A stretch of DNA of 63,669 nucleotides, the filler included, from Squatina squatina (lineage: Eukaryota), in assembly GCA_031763465.1 (NCBI GenBank). It is 3 parts of 3 records of this genome, joined end to end, with 100 filler letters (N's around TTAATTAATTAA, not from the genome) between each part and the next. Parts side by side here need not be neighbours in the genome. Positions count along the whole stretch, not along the records: positions 51,099 to 63,669 come from JARFOE010000222.1; 2 more parts are not named here. One strand, written 5' to 3'. The first letter of the stretch is position 1. Each line of letters starts with the position of its first letter. The notes under the pieces are model-generated. The model was not told the origin of the DNA. It did no database searches and was given only the letters and a program-made list of their open reading frames with translations. Below, piece after piece: positions 51,393 to 63,669 of the stretch. A program made the position numbers and the translations under genes.

Positions 51393-54380
51393 GAGGAAGT
51401 TTTGCATGACTGGATAATTTTCGTGTCTGTTTTAAAAAGGTCTGGTCTCACAAGTGTGAAATTGTTGAATTACATTTATAAATAATTTGGGAAATTGCCT
51501 CATCTTTTTTTAATACACTTTCAGTTGAACACCATTAGCGCTCTTGATAGATTTACTGTGCACAAAGCACACAGCTTTCAATGCAGCATTTCCCTTTCTA
51601 ACAATGTTAAAATAGTTTAACTCCTTGGTTTACTCATTAATGTGACTGTTTTCATTTTACTGTTTTCACTTTCTAAAACCGCCAGTACAGCTATCATATT
51701 TAGTTGCCATACTTGTGTTTACAGTACCATGGTGAGACCATGCCTTTTTTAGGTTTTTCTTTTGGTTCCTGCTTAGTACAATTATGTTGCTGAGGATCCA
51801 AGCAAATTTTAAATTTAACAGAATGGTTCTCTTTCCTTTGGCTATCTTGGTCTTCTGAGGCACCCACCAAATACAGCTGAGGGAGTGCCTTACTCCTAGG
51901 CATTAGCCAGTGCCAGTTTTTGACTGACTGGATGTATGTATGTGCTGCGCCCATTTGGCTGAGCAGGGGGAAGAAGCTGAAATCTCGGTATTTGGCACCC
52001 AGTTGTTTCCTTCCTGTCTCAGGGCAGCCCGCGTGTTTATTTTTAAGTTGATAGCCGATGTGGAATAAGAAAACCCTTGCATTTACTTCACTGCAATTGG
52101 CTCCCTAATCCAACAGCACATATAACACTCCACATTCACATGGGTGTATGACGCCACCTGTTCGCCAAGTGTGGGTGTTTCTGCCAATGAAGGAAGCCTG
52201 CACATTGCCATTGTCTGCACTTACTAAAATATAAAAACGCCTTTCCCTTTGCTTGCTGTTGAGAAGTTTTTCAACTTAATCAGTAGCAAAATGGAGAAAA
52301 GGAGCTTGCCATGTAACCCACACCCTGCCCTTCTAAATGTAACATCCTGGAGCTCCAACACACAGTGACACCATGACGTCTGGTCATTCATTGTAACAGA
52401 TGTTGATGGCAGTAGAATAATTATGCAAACTTGGCGAGTCCCTAAGCTTTGTCCCTGGCCACCATATGTCTTGGTTCTCCAGCCTTAGGGCAAGATCTTA
52501 TGGTGAGAGAAATGACAAAAATGAAGTATTTTTGTCTTGGATTCAGTATGGTATTGACTTTTCTAATTCTGTAAGGGGTTTAAAACCAGCTCCACTCACA
52601 AAGATGATGTCTCAGCTTAATACAGTTATTAAGTCAGTTTGTCTAGTGCCCAAGGAGGAGCCAAACCATTCAATTCAAATACAAACACCTGTGTCNNNNN
52701 NNNNNNNNNNNNNNNNNNNNNNNNNNNNNNNNNNNNNNNNNNNNNNNNNNNNNNNNNNNNNNNNNNNNNNNNNNNNNNNNNNNNNNNNNNNNNNNCTGAG
52801 CAGTTACATGCTTAATTATCATCTCTGATGTGGGACTATTCTGTATAATGTGAAAAAAGAACTACAACTCCCAGAGTATATTTTGAAGAATTCTAAAGAG
52901 TACAGTGCATTGCCGACAGAAGGTTCAGCAGATTATATTGGTGACAGCAGGCTCTGAAAGTTACTAGGATCATCAGTCTTCCATGTAAGAGTTCCGCTAA
53001 AATGATGCTATTGCAATGTTGTGGAGTTCCCAGGCAGGTTAAATGCTGGAACAGTTTGTTCTTTAAACTCGTTGAAGTTTGTTACTTTGGCTGACAAAGG
53101 TAACTTTGTGTTGAAGTTGACAACACTATATTGGCTAACATGCAAGCTTTAACAAAGTTTGGTTTGTTTTCATTGTTAGATTTGAATGAAAAGGACAAAA
53201 AGGTTGTGATGTGCCCTTGATCATATCATTTCACACTCAGTTGGCAACGTTGCTAAAGGGTCTAGCAAAGGCACAGTTCTAATGCTGTACTGACAATGCT
53301 CCTTTAGCTTTTCAATTTGCAGCATGCAGTTTGTCACATTTGACTAGGATCTAGGCATCAAATTGCAAACTCGCAAGTACCATCTGATAAAAATATACAT
53401 TTTAATTTTTTACTTGTAATTTACAGAAAGCAATTAATTAAAATGTTCCTGTATGGTCATGTGGTTTCCCCTACCTCCCAAGCTACATACTAGTTTGACC
53501 AAAGACATTACCCTAACACATTATTGATTTAAGTACAATAATGGTTTTGATGATGCGTTGCAATAAGGAAATAGGCACAAATAATTTTGCCAAATTAAGT
53601 TTCAAAAAATCTAAGAAGTTAAGAAATACTCACTCCCTCCAGTAATTTTTTCCAGACTTATAAGATTCTACATTTATGAAGGGAACACTCTGCCACAAGA
53701 TCTTCCAACTTTACCTTTTACAGTCTGTTTCTGCTGCTGATTATTTTCTTTGGACTTTTCTTATTTCTAGAGAACAGGTGTCACTACATAAATGTCTTTA
53801 TTTGTTTCCCATTTCCTGAAAATATCTGGTTACCCCCAAAAAAGTAAATTGCAACAAAAAAAATCCTGGAAAATTGCCCCCAAACTTTAGATGTAATTAA
53901 GTCAAAAATAATTTTTGTTAAAACCAGATGATAGCTTCCAATGACAAGTTACAGTTCTATAGGAGCTCCCCATATGGCACCAAGTTTTATGTTTGATTGT
54001 TGTGAAATATCTTTATGTGCTTTCTTTCTTCAGTGCACATCATAGGCCTGGATTTTGTGGGGCCAATGACAGCGTACACTCAGTGTATGCCATCGTAAGT
54101 CTTGTAAAAGGCCCCGCAAGTTCCGTGTTTCTGCATATGCTGTGCATGTGCGAAAACTCGAAACCTGCAATCTATTTGTCCAACTACTGCTCAGCAAATG
54201 CCCACGAAACCCTTATGCCTGGTAAAAGCAGGCATAGGGTCTGCTTTCACCAGCATAAGGGCTAATAACAATCTTAAATTAAAAAATTTTCAATAAAAAA
54301 TCATGCACAAACATTAAAAATTAGTTCATGTAAATTTTGGCCCACATTGAAATTTTTTAAATTATTTTTTGAAAAATTTA

Positions 54381-55481
54381 AGGCGCCCAATTCGATTGCC
54401 CTAAGTTTCAGGCGCTAACGGATGAATAGTTGGACGTTAAGTTTTGGTCTTAGAACTTTAGGCTAAAGTCAGCCTTTTCAGCACTTAGAAAACATTTGTA
54501 AAATTGTCTAAAGAAACATGCAACTTTCANNNNNNNNNNNNNNNNNNNNNNNNNNNNNNNNNNNNNNNNNNNNNNNNNNNNNNNNNNNNNNNNNNNNNNN
54601 NNNNNNNNNNNNNNNNNNNNNNNNNNNNNCAGCACTTTGAGAAGGCTCTTAAAATTAACCTGATTTTTATTTAGACCAAGGGTGCTAATTTAAAAGTTTT
54701 TAAATGTTTAGGGGCTCCAAGAGGTCTGACCCCACGTCTGGGTAGTGTCGAATAGCGGCGCAACCCGGGCGTGAAATCAGCGTTGAGGCAAACATTTTTT
54801 AAATACTTTATAGGCCCTGTCACCTGGGATGCAGTTGGTGCCGGCATTTGACACGCGACGTCATAATGTCAAGCACCGACCCCTCAGTGCCCGCCCGCGA
54901 CCCCCCTGTGCACTGCGGGGGCACTGCCTCCGGATTTGGAGCCAGCCGTCCCCGCGACGCCACTGGCGCTGGTAATGACAGGTTTCTCCCGTCGTTGCCA
55001 GGGGCCTTTAAAGGCGCGTGGCGTGCTCGGCGGCTGCCACCTTTAAACTTCGGCCGACATTATTGTTGGCGATCGTCCCTGAGGAGACGACCCCCAACCC
55101 CTTGCCGGCACGCTCTCTGGCGTGCTGGCATCTTCTCAATGAATTCTGAAGTTACCTGGTGGTCCAGTGAGCCCTGGATCCTCTTTGGCCATGCAAGCCT
55201 GCAGCCCTTGCCTTTAAAGCAGGAGGCGGGGCCGCAGCTCGCGCATGCGTGATTGCGCCGACAACATGGCTGGCGCAACCCGGATGTGACATGGCATTGG
55301 CCAGGTCACCGCCGGAGCAGTGCCATGGCAATGCTGATTTAGCGTTGCCATGTTACACTGGCCCAAACGGTTTCTAAGAGACCAAGGCTGTGTCACTGTG
55401 CGTCGCTGGTAACATGTCGCAGATCTAGCTACAGGGCCCCGAATGCAGCGGCCGGTTTTGGCGCTTCCGAATTGGGGCCCC
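54381..55481. mobile_element. Harbinger-family non-autonomous element spanning a gap, apparently nested in or next to another repeat starting at about 54043
   Basis: The ends aggcgcccaattcg and cgaattggggcccc are imperfect inverted repeats. ctaagtttcaggcgctaacggatgaatag matches ctgagttactgacgctaatggacgaatag at about 970-998. GC-rich interior. Confidence 0.55.
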
Positions 55482-56189
55482 GATATGTCATAATAATAGA
55501 ATCATGTATGGGAACTAGATGGTGCAATAGGTTAACACGCTTTGGGAACTCCAGTGCAACGCCTTGCTTGATGTGAGCACGGATTGGTAAATTGGGTGTA
55601 CGGATCAGGTACTACTAAACTGGACCTTCGCCTTCAGTTGCCGTTGATGTTTGCGCCCAATGGTCCAATCCTTCTTCCCATCGAGAGAAATTCAGTGCTG
55701 GCAGAGTCTGAGAATTTGCCCCACCGTCCTTTTACCTACGGTGACTAAAACCTTTGAATCCTCTCCAGATAAGATGATCTGAGAGTCTCTCCTTTCTCAC
55801 TACCCTGACTGAACAGCTGCAATCTACTGGATCATGGCCACAAGACCAAGGCATAAAACTCACTGTCATTGGTACTAATCACTCATTCTCATTCAGGAAG
55901 GTTATTGGATTACTTGTTCAAAGGATGGAAATGATTCCACGTTTACTTGTGGGGGGATTGAGGGTGCATTGTTGGTGCAATTTTCCTTCAGTGCACTCAC
56001 AGAAACAAGCTTCGCTCACGGGGAACACACATTCAGAATTTGGCTTCTATGCTGTATGCCATCTTCTGCCTAATAAGACCGTCAAATCATGCAAATGTCT
56101 GATAAGTTCTCTCAATGGGTGAGTCTCTCTGTCAGCAGTGGAAAGTCAGAGAATTGCCCCTAATGTAGAGGGAGCTTTATCCAGAATCC

Positions 56190-56360
56190 AGTTCTAACTA
56201 TATGGACAGCAGGGGAGAGCATGACAAGAGAGAATACAAAGAGATTAGAGAGAGATGTCAAAAAAAAATGAGAACAGCAAAAAGTAACTATGAAATTAAG
56301 TTATCAAGGAACATAAAACAAAATAATATAATATTTTACAGGCACATTAATAAAAAATGG
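56190..56360 (+). mobile_element. CR1 ORF2 tether-region fragment, resuming at about 56975-57074
   Basis: EYKEIR...KKMRTAKSNYEIKLSRNIKQNNIIFYRHINKK. Confidence 0.7.
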
Positions 56361-56364
56361 AATT

Positions 56365-56975
56365 TACAATTTACTTGTACTTCTTGCAATTTAATATACT
56401 GTATTCACTGCTCATGACATAGTCTCCGCTACATTGGGGAGACAAAACGCAGATTGGGGACTACTTTGCAGAACATCTCCATTCAGTCCGTAAGCATGAT
56501 CCCGAGCTTCTGGTCGCTGTCACATTAATTATCCACTCCACTCCTACTCTGACCTCAGTCCATGGCCTCTTACACTGTTCTAATGAAGCTCAACGTAAAC
56601 GCGAGAAACAGCACCTCATCTTTCATTTAGGCACTTTACAGCTTTCTGGACTCAACATCGAGTTCAACATTTTCAGACTCTAACCTCTGCCCCTATTTTT
56701 TCACGAGGCAGCTGTTGATGATTCTGCTGTTCCCATTAACGCCTTCTCTAGACCCATCTTTTGTTTCTTTACTTGTCCCATCACCATCTCCTTTTGCCTC
56801 GCACCGTCATCCCTTTTGTCATTTAATTTCTTCTGCCTTCCACCCTATCACAGACTTTCCCTTTTGTTCTTTCCTCCCCCTTCCCGCTTTCCCTGCCCCT
56901 GCACTTGCTTAAAAACCTGCTGCAGTTCAAACTTTTTCCAGATCTGATGAAGGGTCTGTAACATTAACTCTTGTT
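56365..56975 (+). mobile_element. Penelope-like element: GIY-YIG endonuclease remnant and 3' region
   Basis: FTCTSCNLIYCIHCS*...YIGETKRRLG / FAEHLHSV...QRKREKQHLIFHLGTLQLSGLNIEFN, followed by a pyrimidine-rich UTR ending ctgatgaagggtc. Confidence 0.85.
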
Positions 56976-57546
56976 TTTACGGTAGAAGATACGACAAACT
57001 TCCCACTAATATTAAATAGTGCAGAGAGAGGACTAAATACCATCACCATCACTAGGGAAATAGTATTAGACAAANNNNNNNNNNNNNNNNNNNNNNNNNN
57101 NNNNNNNNNNNNNNNNNNNNNNNNNNNNNNNNNNNNNNNNNNNNNNNNNNNNNNNNNNNNNNNNNNNNNNNNNNAGCGTCTATATTTTGTAAAATTGACA
57201 AGAAGGTCTTCTTTGCAAATGATATAAGGGAATTTTTTAGATGCTGAAACCCTTACCAGTATGCAATCGTATCGTAAGCTGCACAGCACCTACAGTCTTC
57301 TTGCAAGTTCTCTTCATTTTAGCAACTCATCTGCATATTCCCATTACAGTTCATTATGTTATGGTTTTGTATGACTGACAAAATACAAAACAGAAGTGGT
57401 CTCCAGTGGTACAAAGGTTCCCAGAGGAGAATATATAGTCTTTGGATTTTGCAACAAAAGACTCGCTCCTGAATCCCGTCTTCCATTCATTCTCTTTCTG
57501 CTGCTGGTCCTGGTTAGCAGGAATCAGTCTTTGCAGTAAGTGCCTT

Positions 57547-57554
57547 TGACGTCA
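57547..57554. promoter_or_regulatory. ST7: Perfect CRE palindrome TGACGTCA in the putative ST7 alternative promoter
   Basis: Exact 8-mer about 320 nt upstream of the MFGTESS start codon. Confidence 0.5.
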
Positions 57555-57876
57555 CTCAATGTATGCAGCCTGTGCTATTGTCTTTCTCTGAGCTGTACTG
57601 TGTATCGCAGTGTCTGGTCTCAGCTCTTCATTCAGACTCACTGCAGCAAGACAAGGGAGTGATTGGTCTTTCATTTCTGTTGAATTTCCAGCAGAAGCTT
57701 TTGGCTTTCACTAGTAAGAGAAGTATAAACAGTATTTTGTTGAGGACTGCTGTGTGTTGTATCAGCTTTCAGGCTTGAACAAGGCAGCTGGCAGCCGCAG
57801 CGCCTGGGCTGCATTGTCTAGTTTCATGACCCCTGCTGTGTAGCTGCCTCATCTTTTTGCAGCATCTGAACCAGCC

Positions 57877-57898
57877 ATGTTCGGCACGGAGTCTTCAT
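57877..57898 (+). CDS. ST7: ST7 short alternative first coding exon (MFGTESS plus 1 nt)
   Basis: ccagccATG TTC GGC ACG GAG TCT TCA T|gtaagt, with a good Kozak -3 purine and a consensus donor. Matches the recalled ST7 isoform N-terminus MFGTESSLSMFLNTLTPK and lies between CAPZA2 and a clear ST7 exon. Confidence 0.8.
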
Positions 57899-59953
57899 GT
57901 AAGTACAGTACTGCAACAGTCCAGTGATTAGTAGCATCTTTAGCATTGTGCTAAAGCTTTGTTTTATTGTATGAAATGCAAGCTTCAGTCAGGCAATGAA
58001 TTCGCAGCTCCTCTTAGAATAGAATTCAGTGTGAAGCAGATCTGAAACATTCATGTCACTACCTGTTTTTGAGAATTTGAGAGAATAATTTTCTGGGTTT
58101 TGCTGATGATTTTGTACGAAGTGTGTTAACAACCCAAATGCGATCGAGGTGCACAAAATAACAAGAATAAGGCCTTTCTAGCAACAGCAATAAATCATGG
58201 AGCAAGGAGTGAAATGGCTGAATTTGGTACAGAGGTGCACTACCCAGAATCTACTCTTTGCTCATAAATTATTACAGTGACTTTACTAAAATACGTTTTG
58301 TTGAATATTCCGAGGCCTAGTGACAGGACTGAGTACTAGAGTTCATGAAGTTTAAAAATCCTAAAAGCTCCACATGGTTCCGCGTGATCTGTAACCTGCT
58401 CCCATAAATGAAGGGGGTAATGGTATTATTCCCGGCAGAGAATTGTCGACTGGGAAACAGGGACCCCCCTGCCTCCCTAAACATCATTTTTTACTGGAGA
58501 TATTATTGATGGGAGATCTGGACACTACATACAGACCCTGAGTGCTCTGGTGCCGTACTTAGTCTGTTTGGTAGGATGCTACAGCGTTGAGCTGCATGGA
58601 ATCATTTGAGCAGCTGGGCAATTGAATGTGTGTACTGTTGTGAGCTGTCCATCTTGGACGAGCGCCGTAGTTTGCCTGAGGCTGGAGAGAGCCTGTTATC
58701 ACGAAGTGAACTGTTATTTACACGGCTCCCTTGTTTGATAAAGCTGTCCACGCTTTACCCGGTTCACCCTTGTGTTTGCTGAAGTCTCTTGCTGCTGTGG
58801 TTACCAGATTGTGATGGCTGAAAATTGATAGCTCTTGCAAGCTGACATAGTAAGTATGGGTTTTTGATGCAGCCTGTGGGTGTTGTATTGCCCCAGCTTC
58901 ACATGCAGGAGAAGTGAGTTTGGCCGTTTGTTGGCAATGTGACTCACATTCAAAATAAAATGGAATTAGGCTGCCACAAAAAATAGCGTTTGAAATATTG
59001 TTCACAGCAAAAATATTGTGCTCTTCTCATGAGGTGCGATGTTATATTATGACACTTTTTAATTGTGACAACCTATTTGAATTAGGAGGACCTATAGAAA
59101 TGTTTATATTTTAACCTGTGGATTTTATCTTGAGTTAAATCCTGGTGGCTTCACACTTTCACTCTTTAAGGAGTCTAGGAGCAACGTGACAAAATGGCAG
59201 TTTTCAATGGGTTACTTTCATTTTTAGTTCCATGAATGAGCTTTAATGAAAGTACATTTCTGCAATTCTGCTGTTAAGAATTCATTTTCCCAGACTTGCA
59301 GCAAGTGTTTTTTTTTCCTGCTGTTCTGAGAATAAGGATGCGAACCTCCATGTATTTAAAATGCTGCAATTAGCACACTGTGCTTAAAGGATTAAATATG
59401 GGGTCTGTTTCTGGGCTGAAAATGCAGACATGGTCCTCGGGACTAACAGCTGTACATTTTATCTTCTGTCGTTCAAATAGAAATCTGCCATATTCCTTTT
59501 CAAACAATGCAAATTCCAATTAAAAGTCGGTTTCGTATACAGTCATTCCCTCCTAATGTCTTGATGGAGGCACCAGTCACAGAGATGGAAGGAAATCGTG
59601 CCTAGTTTATTGAGTGTTTATGTTTTTGCATTCAATCTGAATTTTTTTTAACAATAGAATGATAATGACTCAGAATCAATGAATTGTTGTACTTTAATTC
59701 TTAACTGATTTGTTTATAATGTTTTCTAATATAAAATGGTGCCTCGTACATTTCCAGGACTTGGCAGGTTAATTCCACTTTGGTACTTGAACTTCTAAAG
59801 AATGTAAAAATATTGTGTAAATTACTGAAACAAATAAGAGCGTCACCTCTCAGTTGATTTGGATTGCTGCATTTTTGGGTGTTGTGATATGTTCAAATCA
59901 GGATTTTTATTTGCTGCAGCTCGGGGCAGAAGACCAAAGGGTGATTATTAAAA

Positions 59954-60016
59954 TAGGTAGAAATTAATCTGATTGCAGAATTTTTTAGGTAGAAATTAAT
60001 CTGATTGCGGAATTTC
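59954..60016. repeat. Tandem duplication, 32-nt unit, two copies
   Basis: taggtagaaattaatctgattgcagaatt at 59954 and taggtagaaattaatctgattgcggaatt at 59986. Confidence 0.9.
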
Positions 60017-60519
60017 ATGAAAATAAGTAGTTTGAACTTAGGCAGTTGAGAAAATTGTTGCTTTACATAGGGTGTAATGAACAGCAGTTGTGACCTTAGA
60101 CTAATCAAGTGGCTTATGGCGCAATGGGCTGTGATTTAGCAAGTACTGGTTCTGTTGTTGGGATCGAGCAGCCAGTGATTGATGTTTTCATGAGAATCAT
60201 AACTTAAAAGATTACCTCCATAAGTACTGAAAATATAGAATAATTTGAGAACAAATGTACATTTTTATTTTGTGGTAGATATCCATATGGACCAGATGAT
60301 GCCACAGTACAGTTTAATTTGTGTACATGGTCTTACGGTATAGAAGATTCATTGTCGATTAGAGGCACAGAACTACTGGATGAAATGGTGAAAAGTACAT
60401 TGTATGCCTCCCTGCTGCCAAACTGGGGAAAAGTGTATAATATTGATCTGGATTGTGTTTATCAACTTAAAATATGGTGATGATTATTAAGATCTGAAAT
60501 GCCACACGTCTTCCCCAAT

Positions 60520-60830
60520 GGCTTCAGCTGAAGTGCGGGTGTTACAATTGCCTCAATCACTTGAGTTAGGGAGGAAAACTAAACCAGGGTTTGCTCTCTT
60601 GATTGCCATTTAGTGACCTGCGTTGAAGTGCATGTTTCTAGATGTCAAGTGAGGACCTGATGGGCTCAGTTGACTGTGATGTTCCTTGCAGTCAATAGCC
60701 TGCTGACACTCACTGCCAAGGCTCTTGAAGGATAATGGCCACTTGGGCGAGATTCTGGAGGATCCGGGGAGCCAGTGGAACTGTACCCAAACAACAGCTC
60801 AGGAGAGGAAACATAAGGGGGGAAAATTGA
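60520..60830 (+). repeat. Unclassified SINE-like dispersed repeat, same family as 10380 and 48050
   Basis: gattgccatttagtgacc...gtgaggac...gggctcagt...gctgacactcactg...aatggccacttgggcgag. Confidence 0.55.
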
Positions 60831-61111
60831 TTAGAAACAAAATCTAAAATGGCTGCAAGTCTCTGTGTCTAAACAAAATGTGATAACTTCTTCCAGTTAG
60901 ATGCTTCCTGCACTATTCTGGCCACTGTCTCCTGGAAAAATTTCAGTAAGAAGGCATTACATAATAGAGGCTCCTATAGAAGGGAGCTTCACGCATGGAG
61001 CATTTCATTGANNNNNNNNNNNNNNNNNNNNNNNNNNNNNNNNNNNNNNNNNNNNNNNNNNNNNNNNNNNNNNNNNNNNNNNNNNNNNNNNNNNNNNNNN
61101 NNNNNNNNNNN

Positions 61112-61240
61112 AGGGATATGGGGAGAAAGCAGGAATATGGCGATGAGATAGAGGATCAGCCATGATCATATTGAATGGCGGAGCGGGCTCAAAAGGCCAA
61201 ATGGCTACTCCTGCTCCTATTTTCCATGTTTCTATATCTT
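61112..61240 (+). mobile_element. CR1/HER1 3' tail
   Basis: gggatatggggagaaagcagg...gatcagccatgatcatattgaatggcggagc...ggctactcctgctcctat. Confidence 0.85.
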
Positions 61241-62643
61241 CCACTAAGCAGAATAGAAGAGGTTTGAAAAAAAACTCTTCACAGCTGCTACATTAGTGAA
61301 TCTGGCAAGTTTATCTTTGGTATTGTTTAACAGGCTTGTAAGCACAAGCCTTTAAGCATGTTAGCAGTTCTGCACTAATTCTTTTGATGGAAAAGAATAA
61401 GTGTCTGGAGCTGGCGGCACAAATATAACACAATAGTAACTAAAGAGGCATTTAGATGCTGTGGCTGGGGAGGGTAAGCTGTTTGGGCCAAATAACCTGG
61501 ATCTGTCTTTTCTTTTTGATTGTTATGCTTAACAAAAGTGTTACATGCCATTGGTTAGAGCACAGTTATGTACGTTCTAGGCATAATTTCAGGAGTGAGA
61601 GGATATATTGCTGTAGGGCAAAAGAAATAATATAGAAATGCAAATCTGTATGTAAAATGTGTAAATAATACTTGTCAGCTTATCAAGGGCAAACTGGTGG
61701 AGACTGACTGCATCTGTTCAGTAGCAGCAGCAGATTCACTTACAGAGGAAAGGTTTAGATACGCTGAGTTAGTTCAGAAACATAATAAGCCAAATTGCCA
61801 CCTATCCATGAGGCTGGAGCCAAAACACAATCCACAGAAGCTATGCTACCATATGACTGTGTGGAAATTAAACATGTTGCAAATGGCAAATTAGTGTTGT
61901 AAATTGGAATGGTTTTGCCAAGCCACAAGTTGACGAAATCGGAACAGGCCAGCAGCAAACAAAAAGGCTTTGTTGTTAGGAGCCTGCTAAAATGTTTCAT
62001 TTATTACACAAAACTGGTGCATTTGTTTGTCTAGAATGCAGTTTATTAAACCGTCCCAATCGTGCCAACTTCCTCAGTAGTTTTAATCTATTAAATTGTT
62101 ATGCATTATGTTTGTCTGGTGCTGCCAGTTTTGCCTTGTCAATTTGCAGACAATTACAGGGTGCACAGCTGGAGCAGATGAGTTTTCAGTTGGCTCATTT
62201 GAAAACGTGTTACTGTATGAACATTCAGGATGAAGATGGTCCTGTTTGTTGGACGTTTCTATTGCTTGAACCAAATATTTTAAATATATATTTCAGGTAT
62301 GTCATTGTAATAATCAGTGTTTTGGACTTTTGAGTCTTTTGCAGCTTCTAAAAGAGTTCCGGTAATTCAGTTTCACTAGTCAGGCTTGATAGACTTCTGG
62401 GATGAAGCAATACACGATCATGAGGTAGGTGATCGACTGGATTAGAGTTATGGGCCACATTTTGCTGCAGCAGGGCATCTAACGGTGTCTGTCGTTATTT
62501 AGACTTGCCCCGACACCCTTCAGCTCAAAAGATTTTCCCCCACNNNNNNNNNNNNNNNNNNNNNNNNNNNNNNNNNNNNNNNNNNNNNNNNNNNNNNNNN
62601 NNNNNNNNNNNNNNNNNNNNNNNNNNNNNNNNNNNNNNNNNNN

Positions 62644-62830
62644 TCATGAATTATATTCAAGAAGGAGTTAGCTATAGTTCTTAGGGCTAAAGGGATCAAG
62701 GGATATGGGGAGAAAGCAGGGACATGGTACTAAAGTTGGAAGATCAGCCATGATCACATTGAATAGCGGAGCAGGCTCGAAGGGCTGAATGGCCTACTCC
62801 TGCTCCTATCTTCTATGTTTCTATTATCTT
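62644..62830 (+). mobile_element. CR1/HER1 3' end
   Basis: atattcaagaaggagttag...gggatcaagggatatggggagaaagcagg...ggcctactcctgctcctatcttctatgtttcta. Confidence 0.85.
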
Positions 62831-63574
62831 CGGATGTGAGCTGAGGCTCCCTGGCAGAGGAAAAGTTGGAAAATTGGCCTATGGTATATTTTTCTGATAA
62901 CAGCGCATGCTGATCAAGGGGGTGAAGCTGCGAGCCTACGTCACACTATTTTCCTTATTTCCCCCCCACCTCCCTGACCGACGACGTACAGACACCCAGA
63001 CCGAGGCACTTACACCAAATTTGGGCAGTACTAACTAAATCGGCAGACAGCACATACCCTTTTATAGTTAGTTATTTGTTGTTTGAGGAACATTGGCAAA
63101 GAAAACCAAATAACAGATGACGGACAAGTTATACAAGAAAGATGTAGTGCCAGTGACATGTTTTGAGAGACCCTGACACTTTAAACAATTTGTTTCAGTA
63201 ATTCAGCAGACACAGTTTCTGCCCAAGTGACTGGAGCGTGACTTGTCTCCTGCAATGGATTATTTTCTGTTGATATGGCATTATAGAGTATTAGGCTTTT
63301 ATTCTTCAAGAGAAGGGAGAATAATTGAGCAGTCATTTTTTTGGCCAAGTGCTTTTTTTGCATACTCTCTGAGGTTAATCTGCAAGATTGTCTCCGGAAG
63401 CAACAGAATTTCTAATAATCACCTTTTTACATTATTGATTGAGACAATTTCTGTTCTTTCGACCTGGAAGTTGAAGCACAATTGTGAGGATTGTCAGTAT
63501 TCAGCTAATCCTGACTGTAGCGTATAATATATTCTGTTCGTTGGTCTCTTTTACTCTGTTCTATTCTTTTGAAG

Positions 63575-63669
63575 GTATACGTGGGTAACAGGAAGAGAAC
63601 CGCTGACATATTATGACATGAATCTTTCTGCACAAGATCATCAGACCTTCTTCACGTGTGAGACCGACC
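63575..63669 (+). CDS. ST7: ST7 internal exon, truncated by the window end
   Basis: Polypyrimidine tract and gaag|G TAT ACG..., translating to (R)[35 protein letters not shown] favours ST7 over ST7L (GKEP, as I recall). Not in the ORF track. Confidence 0.92.

Noticed and set aside
54740-55480. GC/CpG-rich stretch as the ST7 CpG-island promoter, with a 134-aa ORF
   Set aside because: It is bounded by inverted-repeat-like ends shared with the Harbinger-derived family, and no ST7 first-exon peptide was found.

Overview
This is vertebrate genomic DNA, very probably a cartilaginous fish (shark or ray), judged from a repeat landscape of SacSINE1/DeuSINE-like SINEs, CR1/HER1 LINEs, L2, RTE, Penelope and Harbinger remnants. 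It is not prokaryotic. The window is not one contiguous locus: two artificial spacers (44N-TTAATTAATTAA-44N, at 30039-30138 and 50999-51098) split it into three unrelated pieces, and about 25 fixed 100-N gaps hide long missing stretches. Piece 1 (1-30038) holds a near-complete MSX2 homeobox gene (+) in a gene-poor region with many enhancer-like blocks. Piece 2 (30139-50998) holds four RYR2 exons (-), including a 15-nt KFMMK microexon, and seven HEATR1 exons (+). Piece 3 (51099-63669) holds the last exon of CAPZA2 (+), a 22-nt alternative first coding exon of ST7 (MFGTESS) and an internal ST7 exon cut by the window end. Many of these exons are missing from the supplied ORF track or only partly covered by it. 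I found no evidence of a wholly new multi-gene system. The best leads are the RYR2 microexon with its splicing motifs, the ST7 short first exon with a CRE and uORF, a candidate BMP/Smad-homeodomain enhancer near MSX2, and a non-autonomous Harbinger family that keeps a transposase fragment. Orthology calls rest on remembered protein sequences and exon sizes, not on a database search.
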